NCBI GenBank assembly: GCA_963823665.1 | Contig: CAWGMQ010000011.1 | Span: forward strand, 1-64,000 | From: an uncultured Planctomycetota bacterium | Lineage (GTDB): Bacteria; Planctomycetota; Planctomycetia; Isosphaerales; Isosphaeraceae | DNA: 64,000 bases | Reading direction: 5' to 3' | Shown: piece by piece, positions 10,998 through 21,294 of the stretch | Position numbering within the stretch: the stretch's first letter is position 1 | Layout: each line of letters opens with the position of its first letter | Notes under the pieces: model-generated | What the model was told of the DNA's origin: nothing | Seen by the model: only the letters and a program-made list of their open reading frames with translations | Databases searched by the model: none | Made by a program: the position numbers and the translations under genes

Positions 10998-11793
10998 ATG
11001 CCTTTCACGCTGACCCACATCGCAGCCATCCTGCCCGTTGCAGCCGCCGCGCCGCGGGCGTTCCCGTTCTCCGCCCTGGTTGTCGGTAGCATGATCCCCG
11101 ACATCCCGCTGTTTGTACCGCTCCCGATAACTTACGCCACAACGCATTCGATCACCGGCATCTTCCTTGCCTGCGTGCCGCTTGGAATGGCGTGCCTTGT
11201 GACCTTCCAGTGCCTAATGAAACTCCCCCTGTTGGCATTGCTGCCCGAATTGATCCGTAGCCGTTGCGCTTCACTTTCAATCTCCCATGTCGAGCCGACT
11301 TTCAAGTTCTTCTCCTCGGCCGCGCTGGCGATACTGATCGGAGCGACAACACACGTTTTCTGGGACTCGTTCACACACCAAGGGCGATGGGGCAGCAGCC
11401 TCTTTCCCCAGCTAAACGACAACGTTTTGACGATCTGGGGTTATCACATGCCGGGCTACAAGGCCCTCCAGTACGGCAGCTCGCTGGTTCTTTGTCCCGT
11501 GTATTGCGCTACTGGTCGTTTATTGGCTCTCAAGACAAAGACCGGTTCCGCTCGGTGCACTTCCAACTCTTCCGAAGTTCTGGAGGGTTTCCGTTTGCCT
11601 CATCGGGCTCTTGATCCCAGCGTTCGTCACACTCGTCGTCTGGACGTGGGATCGCCGGACGCCATACATGAAGATCGGGCAATCCATCACTGCGTCGGGG
11701 TTGGCTCTGGGAATTGCCTCGCTGACCTACTGCGTCTGCTTTCAAGTGGCTTTCGGGCATGCGTTCGCGCGGGCCGGGCGAGTACAGCAGTAG
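10998..11793 (+). CDS. DUF4184 family membrane protein, frameshift near 11500
   Basis: MPFTLTHIAAILP, GSMIPD, THVFWDSFTH, LQYGSS. Confidence 0.8.
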
Positions 11794-11939
11794 ACGGCCA
11801 TTCACATTGGTTAATGGCCGTAGTGGCGGGCCTGGCGGTCCGAGAGCTCCAGGCAAGGTACAACTCCTGAAGCGCCTATTCCAAGACGCGCGTCGCTGCG
11901 TTACATTAAGAATGGGATTGTTGCGAGGAGGATCCAACG

Positions 11940-12269
11940 ATGGCAAGTTTGAGCAAACTCGAAGTCAATGAGGAAGCTGGCGACGTGACGAAGTCAAAGA
12001 AGTGCAACGGCACACCGGGCCACCAGACAGAGGTCGATGACGCTCCGTTGAAGGAAATCGCCGATCGCCTTACGACGGCCCTGACGGGGCTCGACCGTGG
12101 ACGCGCACTTTTTATCGTCGTGTCGGCGCTAATTGGCAATAATCCCGATCAGGAAGTGGCAGTGATCGATCCTGATACCGGGCGGGTGCTCGCTTACCTC
12201 GTGCCGCCCGCGCAGCGGCATGCCGCTGTCGCAGCCGCGCGGCGGCTCGAACGCGCTGCGGCGGAGTAA
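11940..12269 (+). CDS. Hypothetical protein, probably 3'-truncated by an IS66 end
   Basis: GAGGAG RBS; its TAA stop lies inside GTAAGCGTCC at 12266. Confidence 0.55.
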   Translation: MASLSKLEVNEEAGDVTKSKKCNGTPGHQTEVDDAPLKEIADRLTTALTGLDRGRALFIVVSALIGNNPDQEVAVIDPDTGRVLAYLVPPAQRHAAVAAARRLERAAAE

Positions 12270-12405
12270 GCGTCCCAGATTGCCAGCCGTGCGGGGTCTG
12301 ATAGCCTGCGAAGCGGATTAACACGTCCCTTCACAGGAGCCTGCCCCATGTCGAGAACACCCGACCTCGAGCGCCACGCGATCTGGCGCAGGCATCGGAA
12401 AGCTG
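12266..12405 (+). mobile_element. Left-end remnant of a second IS66-family element
   Basis: Starts GTAAGCGTCC; AGGAG plus ATG at 12348 gives MSRTPDLERHAIWRR, like a TnpA N-terminus. Confidence 0.6.
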
Positions 12406-12416
12406 ATGCCTTTCTC

Positions 12417-13463
12417 TTAGATATTAGGTTTGAAATTGCCCTCCTCATCGAAATTCGCAGAGCGCGGCAATCCGGCGGCATTCCAAACTAAATCGAAACT
12501 CGGTCGCAGCAGAGATGCCGCGTTCACATCGAGGTCGTTTATTACGGCCTTGGGAAGCTGAAGTATATCCCGGTCTATCGAAAAATAATTTACATTAGAA
12601 TATCTTCCCTGATGGATTTTCGCTCCCTTCACATCAATAAGCGAGATGAAAGCCCAAATTGGCGGGGTGATCCCAACACCCTTCATACCGTTTACAAACC
12701 GCTCCACCCCTTCAACAATATGCTGCTCATATATCCAGGCGGATAAGTACCGCTTTCCCCCAGAGTCGTTCTCGATCGAATCAACGGCGGCCTCGACAAT
12801 TCCATTCCGATAGATTTGGACGTAATTGCTCACTTGCATAGTCTCCGGCATTGCCTGCCAGAATATAAACGCACCAACGAAATTGTGCCGAGGGGACCAG
12901 CCGCCGCCGAGTTGATGGGCGAGCGGCTTAAAGCTCGCCGAATACCATTGAAGATTGGAGAAGTCGAGCGTGAACCGCGACCTGAAGCTCTCCAGCGGGA
13001 TTAAATGCAGCACAATCTTTGCGCCATCCTTCAAAGGAATCGGGGTATCCTTATTGAGGAAGCGCGAGATACGGAGTTCGCGGAACTGCCGAACACGCTC
13101 GTAAATCGACTCCGACAGATTGAATGCTCTCCTCAGTTCCGTGGTATCCATTGAGTAGGTTCCTGCTGAATTTCTCGCCCAAAACTCTCCGAATTTTCCT
13201 TGAAATATGACCAGGTGAGGAATAATCCAGCTCTTCTGAATTCGGATTACGAACACTGTCTTGCCTTCCCCCAAGCACACGGTGTGAATTCCGAAATCAA
13301 TCCTCGGATCAATGCCTCGCCTTATGATCTCTTCGAGTCTTAGTTTCTCGGCATCGACGTCGCTGATCGCCGTTCCAAGAACAGTCTTGGGAGCGCCTAG
13401 ATCTTCCTCGATTCCGATAATCAGATCGCCGCCCTCTGTATTGGCGAATGATGACACGTCCTT
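12417..13463 (-). pseudogene. AlbA_2/Schlafen-like domain protein, 5'-truncated
   Basis: KDVSSFANTEGGDLIIGIEE with TAA directly upstream; LLRPSFDLVWNAAG C-terminus; visibly AT-richer. Confidence 0.8.
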
Positions 13464-13714
13464 TTACTTCAAGATGTCCAGGAAGAGCGGCTACAGCCAA
13501 TCCGAACTGCCCGAGCCTATCCGCCCGAAGATAACACCAGAAGACCTGGAATAGTAACGCCTCGCTGTAGTTGGTCTGGACAGGTGCTCGTGATACGATG
13601 GGTGAACATGGAACGGGTAGCTTGGTGAGCAGGCTTCCCACGTTCTCCTGAGCTCGGTTCGTTGCGAGAGACGGAAACTTTACATCAAGTCCACTAGGGC
13701 TCGAGAACCCAACC

Positions 13715-14215
13715 ATGCAGCACTCCCGCGTTCGATTTCCGCTCTGGCGGTTGATGGTCGCAGTCGCCAGTGTCGCATGCTTCGCCGCTGCGATTGTTAT
13801 TATCTTGGACGCGCGCGCCTCCGGCGAATGTCTCCTCTTCGCGTGGGTGACTCTCTACGTAGCACCTCTGGCCCTGATGGTCGCAAGGGGAGTCGCCCTC
13901 GGCCGGGCTGCCAAGATCGCCGGAACGATCGTCCTGTGCGGACTGCCGCTCGTGGCATGCGTTGGCTTTTTCAATTTGCTCATGGGTCCGCTTGCAGCGC
14001 TCGTGATCCTGTGGATAGCGCTCCTGGCGGTCGCTCTTTTCTACAACACGCTCGGAAACCTTATTGACAAGATGTATGCGCCTCCACCGATTCGTGTCGG
14101 TGAACCAGAACTACCTCCCCTGGTCTATGATCGCGACTGGGCACGACCTAACACAACCGGGCCGAAGGATTCTGGAACGGCTAGTGGACTGGGCTCCAGC
14201 TTGCGTAAGCTGTGA
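13715..14215 (+). CDS. Membrane protein (about 4 TM)
   Basis: RVRFPLWRLMVAVA start and hydrophobic helices. Confidence 0.7.
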   Translation: MQHSRVRFPLWRLMVAVASVACFAAAIVIILDARASGECLLFAWVTLYVAPLALMVARGVALGRAAKIAGTIVLCGLPLVACVGFFNLLMGPLAALVILWIALLAVALFYNTLGNLIDKMYAPPPIRVGEPELPPLVYDRDWARPNTTGPKDSGTASGLGSSLRKL

Positions 14216-14449
14216 ACTGCAGTTGCCGCGCATGCTCAATCGCGGCACGACCTGACGTAAGGAAGCGTGAAGAATATTCCAGAGATCAGAGTTACCAGAC
14301 CGAGAACCTCTCGATGTCATATCGAGGCACCTGCGCAAACCGTATACCAGCTCTACTTGCGATGGCACGGAACCGACACGAATCCGCGAGGGCTGAGTAG
14401 ATCTGTTCCATATAGCGCCTGATTGATTACACGGCTGGAGCGTTGAGCG

Positions 14450-14914
14450 ATGCGGATCAGCTTTCCCCTTTTTCCAATCGAGTTTGAGATCAAGGCACGG
14501 AGGCGGACCGAGCCGTTTCGGTTCCGTGTTCGGACGCTCATGATCACCGTGGGAGTAACGGCGCTTTTGGTCTACCTGCTTTTGCCGCCGTCGGCTGCCG
14601 ATCAACGGTTAATGGCCATCTACGAGCAGTTGGGCAACACCGACCCGAAGCCCGGCTTGACCAAGGCGGAAGTAATTCGTCGAATCGGCTCGCCTTCGAG
14701 TTGCAACATTCCCACAACACCAAGAACTTGTACCGATTACACTTGGGTGGCGCGATTCAAGAGGCCCTTGAGTTATCAAGAATTTGAGCTGAATCTCGCG
14801 ATCGACCCTGATACGGACTTGGTGGCGGCATGGGGTCTGAGCAAGAGACAATACGAAGGGATCGATCTGATCCTTTTCAGGATCGGCCAGTTGATGCGTC
14901 GAATCGGATTGTGA
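14450..14914 (+). CDS. Membrane-anchored hypothetical protein with BamE/SmpA-like motif (copy 2)
   Basis: Paralog of 855-1319; homology extends about 190 bp upstream. Confidence 0.75.
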   Translation: MRISFPLFPIEFEIKARRRTEPFRFRVRTLMITVGVTALLVYLLLPPSAADQRLMAIYEQLGNTDPKPGLTKAEVIRRIGSPSSCNIPTTPRTCTDYTWVARFKRPLSYQEFELNLAIDPDTDLVAAWGLSKRQYEGIDLILFRIGQLMRRIGL

Positions 14915-15065
14915 CAGCGTTCTCGAAGGACGACGGTCCGACGATTGCGCCGGGCACCACTGCCATCCAGGCGGTCAATCGCGTGGTTTGAGCGCCCGGC
15001 AACTGTTGAAACGCACTCCCAATCGCCTGCAATCACCCTCCAGCACGACATAACGCATTCTTGTT

Positions 15066-15100
15066 TTATCCGTATTCGATCCGTATTTCATCCGTGGCTA
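15066..15100. repeat. Short ATCCGT-periodic intergenic element
   Basis: ATCCGTATTCG ATCCGTATTTC ATCCGTGGCT. Confidence 0.45.
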
Positions 15101-15419
15101 GACTTTCCGTCTGTCTTGTCCTTTGGTTCCTTGAATCTCCCACACCGTGGCTCGAGTGCACCGCCCACGATCCGACCCAGATTCCAGCGGCTCGCCGGCG
15201 TTCTTCACCTGCTGGAAGCTGCCACGCTGCTAGAAGAAGCCTGCTCTCTCTTCCCGGACGGCCGCCTGGGCGAAGGTGCGCGGTCGGTGAGCTGAGGCTC
15301 CGTATACTCCAAAATCAATCGGCACATCGCGGAAAAAAACATGTCGCCCTTCCGGCTGGTGGCAAAGAATAATAGGGAAGCGGAGAACACCACGGGCCAG
15401 AAGTAAAGGGCGTCATTGG

Positions 15420-17740
15420 ATGAGCATGCTCGGCGAACATCGCGGTGCGTTGGCTCGAGATCTGGAGCAGGTCTTCGGCCAGGGTACAGCCACGGCCCTG
15501 CCTGAGGGGCAGTTACTTCGACGCTTCCTGGCCGAGCGGGATGAGTCCGCATTCTCGGCCCTGGTTTCCCTACACGGGCCGATGGTCCTGGGTGTCTGTC
15601 GTCGGGTCCTGGGCGCACGTCCGGACGCGGAGGACGCCTTCCAGGCGACGTTTCTTGTGCTCCTGCGCCGGGCGAGCGCGCTGCAGGATGCCGATTCGCT
15701 CGGGCCGTGGCTCTACGGCGTGGCCTGGCGCGTGGCGTCGCGGGCCCGAGCGGGCAACGCGCGGCGGCGACTGGAGGAAGAGAACGCCGCCGCTAGCCGG
15801 CCGGAGCAAACCGAGACCGACTGTTCGGCGGTTCGGCGCGAGCTTCACGCGATCATCGACGAAGAAATCAACCGGCTGCCCGAGAAGTATCGCCGCCCGC
15901 TCGTGCTCTGCTACCTGGAGGGGCTCACCCAGGAGGCCGCCGCCCGGCAGCTTCGATGGAAGGCCGGCGTGCTCCGCGGCCGGCTTGACCGGGCCCGGCT
16001 TCGGCTCCGCGGCCGGCTGGCCCGTCGCGGGCTCGCACCCGCCGCGATTCTGGCCATCGCTGACTGGCTGGACTCGTCCGCGCAGGCCGCTGTGGCCCAG
16101 GATCTCGTGGACGCGACGGTGCAGACCGCATGCCGCGACCTTACAGTGGGCAAAGTCTCCGCTGCCGTCGCCGCCACAAGCGCGGCGACGCTGGCCGGCG
16201 ATGTTCTGCGCAAGCAGCTCTTGGGCCGAGCAGTCCTCATTGCAGCCGTGCTCGCAAGCGGCACCTTTGCCCTCGCCGCTCTCAGGACTCCCGGAGCGGT
16301 CCAGGATCCGAGCTCCTCCGCCCAGGCGCCCGCGACGGCCGCTTCCCCGAGGCTCGGTAGCGTCTCGCCCGCCGGTCGGACGATCGACCTTCGCGTCGTG
16401 GACCGGAGCCTCGGCAAGCCGCTCCCGGGCGTGCTGCTGACCGTGGTCGTAGGGACCGTACCGACGGCCGAGAGGACGTCCGACGACAATGGCACCATCA
16501 CCTTCGATTATCCTTCGCTCGGGCCGAATCGCGTGTTCGTCGACGCGCAAAAGAGGGCTTCTTGCCGATGAGGGTCTGGGTCTGGCACCCAGGCGAAGAG
16601 GAGGAGTTCCCCCCGACCTTCACGCTGAAGATGGTCCCAGCCGCCAGGATTGGCGGCCTCGTAAAGGACGAAGAGGGGCGACCGGTCTTCGGGGCGAAGG
16701 TGTGGCTCGGGATTAGCGGACCCTGGGACAAGCCCCAGAACCGGGCGGGAATCCGCCTGGAGGATGCTCTGACCGACGCCGAAGGACGCTGGCAATGCCC
16801 GAGCATTCCTCCCGGATACCATGAGGCACAACTCAGCACGATTCGAATCCGCCACCCGGACTTCCAGACTTGCGAAATTCACAGTGATGAGCTGACCGAC
16901 GCGATCGGCCCCAACGGCACAGTGGTGCTTTGTCGAGGGATCGTGGTCACGGGCCGGGTCGTCGATCGCGAGGGACACCCTGTTCGCGGTGCACGAGTCG
17001 GCACCGGAAGTGACTGGTTCGGCTCGGATCCGCCGATCGTTGAGACGGATGGAGACGGCCGGTTTCGCCTGGGACACTTGCGGCCCCGCGAGACAGCGAT
17101 CTCCGTCCAGGCTAAAGGGCACGGCCCCGAACGGATCGAGCTCGATGCGCGTCCAGGACTCGCCCCGGTGGAGCTCAAGCTCGGCACACCGCGGACGATC
17201 CAGGGACGTGTGGTCGATCACGACGGTCGACCGCTTCCCGGCATTCAGGTGACGGTCGCTTACTGGCGTCGCCTCCACACGCTCGACTGGAACGCCGTGA
17301 CCGGGACCGACGGCCGATTCCGCTGGGAGAACGCCCCGCGCGAAGACGTCTGGTTGAGCGCCTTCGGAAATGGCTTCATCGGCGTGCAGAACCGTGTCGT
17401 GCCGGCCAGGGAGACCGAGACGGTTATCAAGATGGCCAGGACGCTGAGGGTCACCGGCACGGTCGTCGATTACCGGACGCGAAAGCCGATCGAGTCGTTC
17501 ATGCTGACGCCGGGGACTGAATCGGAGGATGGGTCCCATACCTACTGGGATAAGTCCAGATCAAAGCGACAGGAGGCCGGTCGTTACGAGTGCCGATTCA
17601 AGGAGCCTGCAGGGAACGGGCACCTTGTGAGGATCGAGGCCCAGGGGTACTTCCTGGGTATCTCCCGCCGGATCGTCGACGCCGAGGGTGACGCCAGGAT
17701 CGATATCGAGCTGGTCCCTGCAGCTCAATCACGGAGGTAG
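15420..17740 (+). CDS. ECF sigma-70 factor with TM and C-terminal carboxypeptidase-regulatory-like domains, frameshift near 16555
   Basis: HGPMVLGVCRRVL, DAEDAFQATFLVL, LPEKYRRPLVLCYLEG; then GRVVD..G.PV.GA.V and TD.DGRF repeats. Confidence 0.85.
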
Positions 17741-17842
17741 CCCGGCTACCCGGACGCGGACTGACGTAGGATTAGCCTTTTGTTAAAACGTTACGCTCGG
17801 GCATCGGTCCCGCAGACTCGCCCAGCAAGGACTCTCGCGGGC

Positions 17843-18766
17843 TCAAGGTCGTTTCGCGGTGTCCTCTGCGATTCCGAAAGCGCTCAAGGTGAAGTCCTGG
17901 TCGGGAACATCGGCAAATCGGAGATCAACGAATTCAATAAAGGTTGTTTTGATGACGTCGCGCTCAGGCAGCCTGAGAGTTTGCCAGATCGCCCGCTTGG
18001 GAATCGGGTGGCCTTCGCGCGTGCCCGCGTATTCGACAGTGCCGGTAAAGGCAGACTGTCCCGGCCCCTTTTTCTCCCGGCACTCGAATTCGTAAAGCAC
18101 CCATTTCTCGTCGGGACATACGACGAAGAAACCCTCGAAACCCCCGAAATCCCTGGCAAACTTGGGCACCTCGCGGCCTTCGGTATTGGGTCGATCGAAT
18201 TCGACTCGGAGCAGATTCTTGCCGTTCTTCACCAGTTGCAACATCGATCGGACCTCGAAGCGAGGATGGGACATCATCGCCTGGTTCGGGATGGTGGTGG
18301 CATACGGGGCCGCAAGAAGCTGAGAGAGCGATCGCATGGGCGTGCGCTGAAGACCGCCCGCAGGAGCCGGCTTGGCGTCAGCGGCCTTTTTCAGAGAACC
18401 AACGACAAACGGCTGATCCTCACGCGTTTTCGTCGCAGTGAACCAGTATTTCGCATTCATGACCTCGACGCTGTGCGAAGACCTGCCGCCGCCGGCTGAT
18501 GTGATCTCCAGGCTCGCCATGGCTGGTAGCTTGCATTTGAACGAAAAAATGGCGTCCCGGTGCGGCGCGTTTTTCCGCTCGTTGTCGTCCGTGGCGATCT
18601 TGATCGATCCAACGGCATTCGAGCAGCGATTCTCCCAGGCCGCGCAGGCCGCGAGGTACTCGGAGCGAAATCGCTTCTCCGCTGGCTCGTCGCCAGTCTG
18701 CCCGCACGTTGCCGCACCGGCGGCGACAACCAGCAACAGCGACACGAGGCATGCGCCAGTCTTCAT
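17843..18766 (-). CDS. Exported hypothetical protein
   Basis: Signal peptide MKTGACLVSLLLVVAAGA; GGAGG RBS; C-terminal FTLSAFGI. Confidence 0.75.
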   Translation of the reverse strand: MKTGACLVSLLLVVAAGAATCGQTGDEPAEKRFRSEYLAACAAWENRCSNAVGSIKIATDDNERKNAPHRDAIFSFKCKLPAMASLEITSAGGGRSSHSVEVMNAKYWFTATKTREDQPFVVGSLKKAADAKPAPAGGLQRTPMRSLSQLLAAPYATTIPNQAMMSHPRFEVRSMLQLVKNGKNLLRVEFDRPNTEGREVPKFARDFGGFEGFFVVCPDEKWVLYEFECREKKGPGQSAFTGTVEYAGTREGHPIPKRAIWQTLRLPERDVIKTTFIEFVDLRFADVPDQDFTLSAFGIAEDTAKRP

Positions 18767-19013
18767 CGCAAACGCCTCCGTTGCGAGCCGGGTGGCCTCG
18801 ATTCACGGCTGAATCTTATGAGGCCGCCGAATTTTATAATCGATTTTCCAGCGTGATTCCACAAAATCACCCGTCAATCGAAGATTGACGGATCACTAAT
18901 TAGAGACCAGAGTATACGTAAGGCTGGCGATTCGTTTTTACGTATCCACAGTCGGCGCGTCTCCAGGCTTTGATTCCTGGCAAGTAACACCGCTGTTGAC
19001 TATTGGGGGCGTC

Positions 19014-19175
19014 ATGTTTGTCATCGAAGATGAGCGACACGCTGAGCCCCAAGGCAAATTTGTCAATCTCGAGGATGCGGTCGTGGAATTGCGACGAAGG
19101 TCGCGCATACCCTGGAACGAAGAACCGAACCAAGCACCGTGTATGAGCTGGCGAACTTGTGGTCGTGCGTACGAG
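19014..19175 (+). pseudogene. 5' fragment of a conserved hypothetical protein
   Basis: MFVIEDERHAEPQG...PWNEEPNQAPCMSWRTCGRAYE, then sequence becomes non-protein-like. Confidence 0.45.
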
Positions 19176-19227
19176 CGGACAGGCCCACGCGGGACATTGC
19201 GGGACACGATTAGGATAGCGAGGCCTC

Positions 19228-19473
19228 ATGAAGAAACTCACCGGCAGACTGTACAACCCTGCGGCAGCGGACGGGCCGTTCGAGTGCGCGGAGGTTGTCC
19301 TCGATCTCGACCACGGGCGTTCGATCACGATCCGGCGCGAGACGGTCGGTGGAGTGGACGGAATCGCGTTGCACTGCGGGATTGACCGTACCGAGCGGAC
19401 AGCGAACGCCCGGTTTGTCATTCGCGCGCCCAATTTCGGTGTTCTGCACTTGAGCGTCGAGCAGGCGAAGTGA
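19228..19473 (+). CDS. Hypothetical protein
   Basis: GAGG RBS; 81-aa ORF. Confidence 0.5.
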   Translation: MKKLTGRLYNPAAADGPFECAEVVLDLDHGRSITIRRETVGGVDGIALHCGIDRTERTANARFVIRAPNFGVLHLSVEQAK

Positions 19474-20470
19474 AGAGAACGCCGTACTGACAGGTCTGTA
19501 ACTTTCTCCCCCTGCCATGCGTTCCTGGCGCATCGTCCTGATTCGAGGTTCGATCAAAAGGCTTTTCATTAAATGAACGCGTCATATGCATTATTAACAT
19601 CACTGTCCATTTTATCTGTGTCTTCTGCGGCTCCTGGCAACCAAGATGCTCTTCCAAGCGTCGATGACCTCGTATCTGGCTTTCGAGCGAACTACCGCTC
19701 CTTTCCTACCTTACGCATTCTTTGGACGCGCAAAGAAGAGAAGGCGGACGCTTCGTTCAAACGATCCGAGATGCTGGCAGAGAAGTACCGAAAGGAATCA
19801 AACGATGCGTCGAAAACCCCGCGGGATCGGGCCGTGTCTCTCCGGTTGCATGAAAATGCGAAACGCGCATTGACTGATCCACTACTTCGCAAGCCATTCG
19901 TTATAGTCCAGGAATATCGCACAGATAGGAGCAGTTATCAGCTCCGCCGATTCAATGGATCGGATGAATCCGATCTGCCGCGTGGTTATTCTTTCGCGAA
20001 GCGGTTACCCGCAGATGCCCTGAATCTCCAAACCATTTTTGCGCAGACACGCATCTCGGCATATCAGCGCGCAACATCTACGTTCAAGTTGTGGATTGGG
20101 CGAAGGGAAGGCAGTGATTACTACCGGGCGGAGATAAGACGATCGGACAACCGTGACAGCCAGGCGTTTGTCCCACCCCTCGGCCTTGATTCAGACGCAC
20201 ACGGCGGCGTTTTGAACGAGATCGACGCTTTTTTCGCTCTTCCCAAATCTCAGATGAACGTGGTCCGCGCGGAAACTGACAGTGGAGTTGAAACGTATGT
20301 CCTCGAACATCGAGAGGAGCGCAAGCTCGCGCCTGACTTTCTCTCCAAGGAGCTGCCCAAGGGACTGTTCGCGAGATTTCCGGGGAGTAACCGTCCGGTG
20401 AAGTGCATCTTTATCCGGGCGGGGGTTGGTGTCAGGATAAGCCGGTGCCCTCACGCACCGGAGTCCACGC

Positions 20471-20867
20471 ATGTCCCGCGCTATTCCCAAATGCGATTGG
20501 TCAGCCATACTGGCTGACTTCCACCGCTCTGGTTTGACCCAAACTGAGTTTTGTCGCCGCCGTCATATCTCCGTCAGCTCCTTCCGCAGTTGGCTATACG
20601 GTCTCCGTGGCGGATTTCCTACCGCCGGCCCCTCGGAAAGCCGTCGCCCGGCGCCGGTCTCTGCCCCGGCGAGCTCCCGCGCTCCCCGCCTTCCTTCCTG
20701 TGCTTGTCCGTCCCCAATCGAGGGTTTCTACGGCCGACCCCCACGTCTCCCATCCACCCGCCTCGCTCGAGCTCGTCGTGAGTGAACGACACTTCGTCCG
20801 CATTCCACCCGGCTTTGATCCGGCGACCCTTCATCAACTCCTCGACGTCCTGGAAGATCGGCCGTGA
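20471..20867 (+). CDS. tnpA: IS66 accessory protein TnpA, split over two frames
   Basis: SGLTQTEFCRR..ISVSSFRSW, then PAFLPV...VRIPPGFDPATL. Confidence 0.8.
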
Positions 20868-21244
20868 TCAACTTCCCACCCACAGTCCGCATTTTCTTGG
20901 CCGTTGGGCCAGCGGATCTCCGGAAGGGATTCGACGGCCTCGCTGCCCTCACCTCTTCGACCATCGGCTTGGATCCCCTCTGCGGCCATCTCTTCGTCTT
21001 TCGCAATCGGCGGGGCGATCGCCTCAAGATCCTCTACTGGGACCGCGATGGCTACGCGCTCTGGTACAAGCGGCTCGAGCGAGGCGTCTTCCGCTTCCCT
21101 CAACCCACGGCGAACCGCATCGAAGTCTCGCCGGCCGAGATGGCTGCCATCCTCGCCGGCATCGATTTACGCACCGCGGGCCGCCAGCGACGCTACACTT
21201 TGCCGGCGCCCATCCCCATCTCGCAGGCAGATGCACTCGTATAA
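20864..21244 (+). CDS. tnpB: IS66 accessory protein TnpB
   Basis: DLRKGFDGL, LFVFRNRRGDRLKILYWDRDG, KRLERGVF. Confidence 0.95.
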   Translation: MINFPPTVRIFLAVGPADLRKGFDGLAALTSSTIGLDPLCGHLFVFRNRRGDRLKILYWDRDGYALWYKRLERGVFRFPQPTANRIEVSPAEMAAILAGIDLRTAGRQRRYTLPAPIPISQADALV

Positions 21245-21294
21245 TCTTCTGAGAATCTCTTGTCACATTGACGGCGGTCGACCGTAATAACGGT

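Noticed and set aside
855..14914. Diversity-generating retroelement explaining the duplicated genes
   Set aside because: No reverse transcriptase in the window, and differences between copies are not adenine-specific
699..18913. Recurrent AGACCAGAGT 10-mer near 699, 2503 and 18904 as a cassette recombination site
   Set aside because: Too short, flanks unrelated and no consistent position relative to genes
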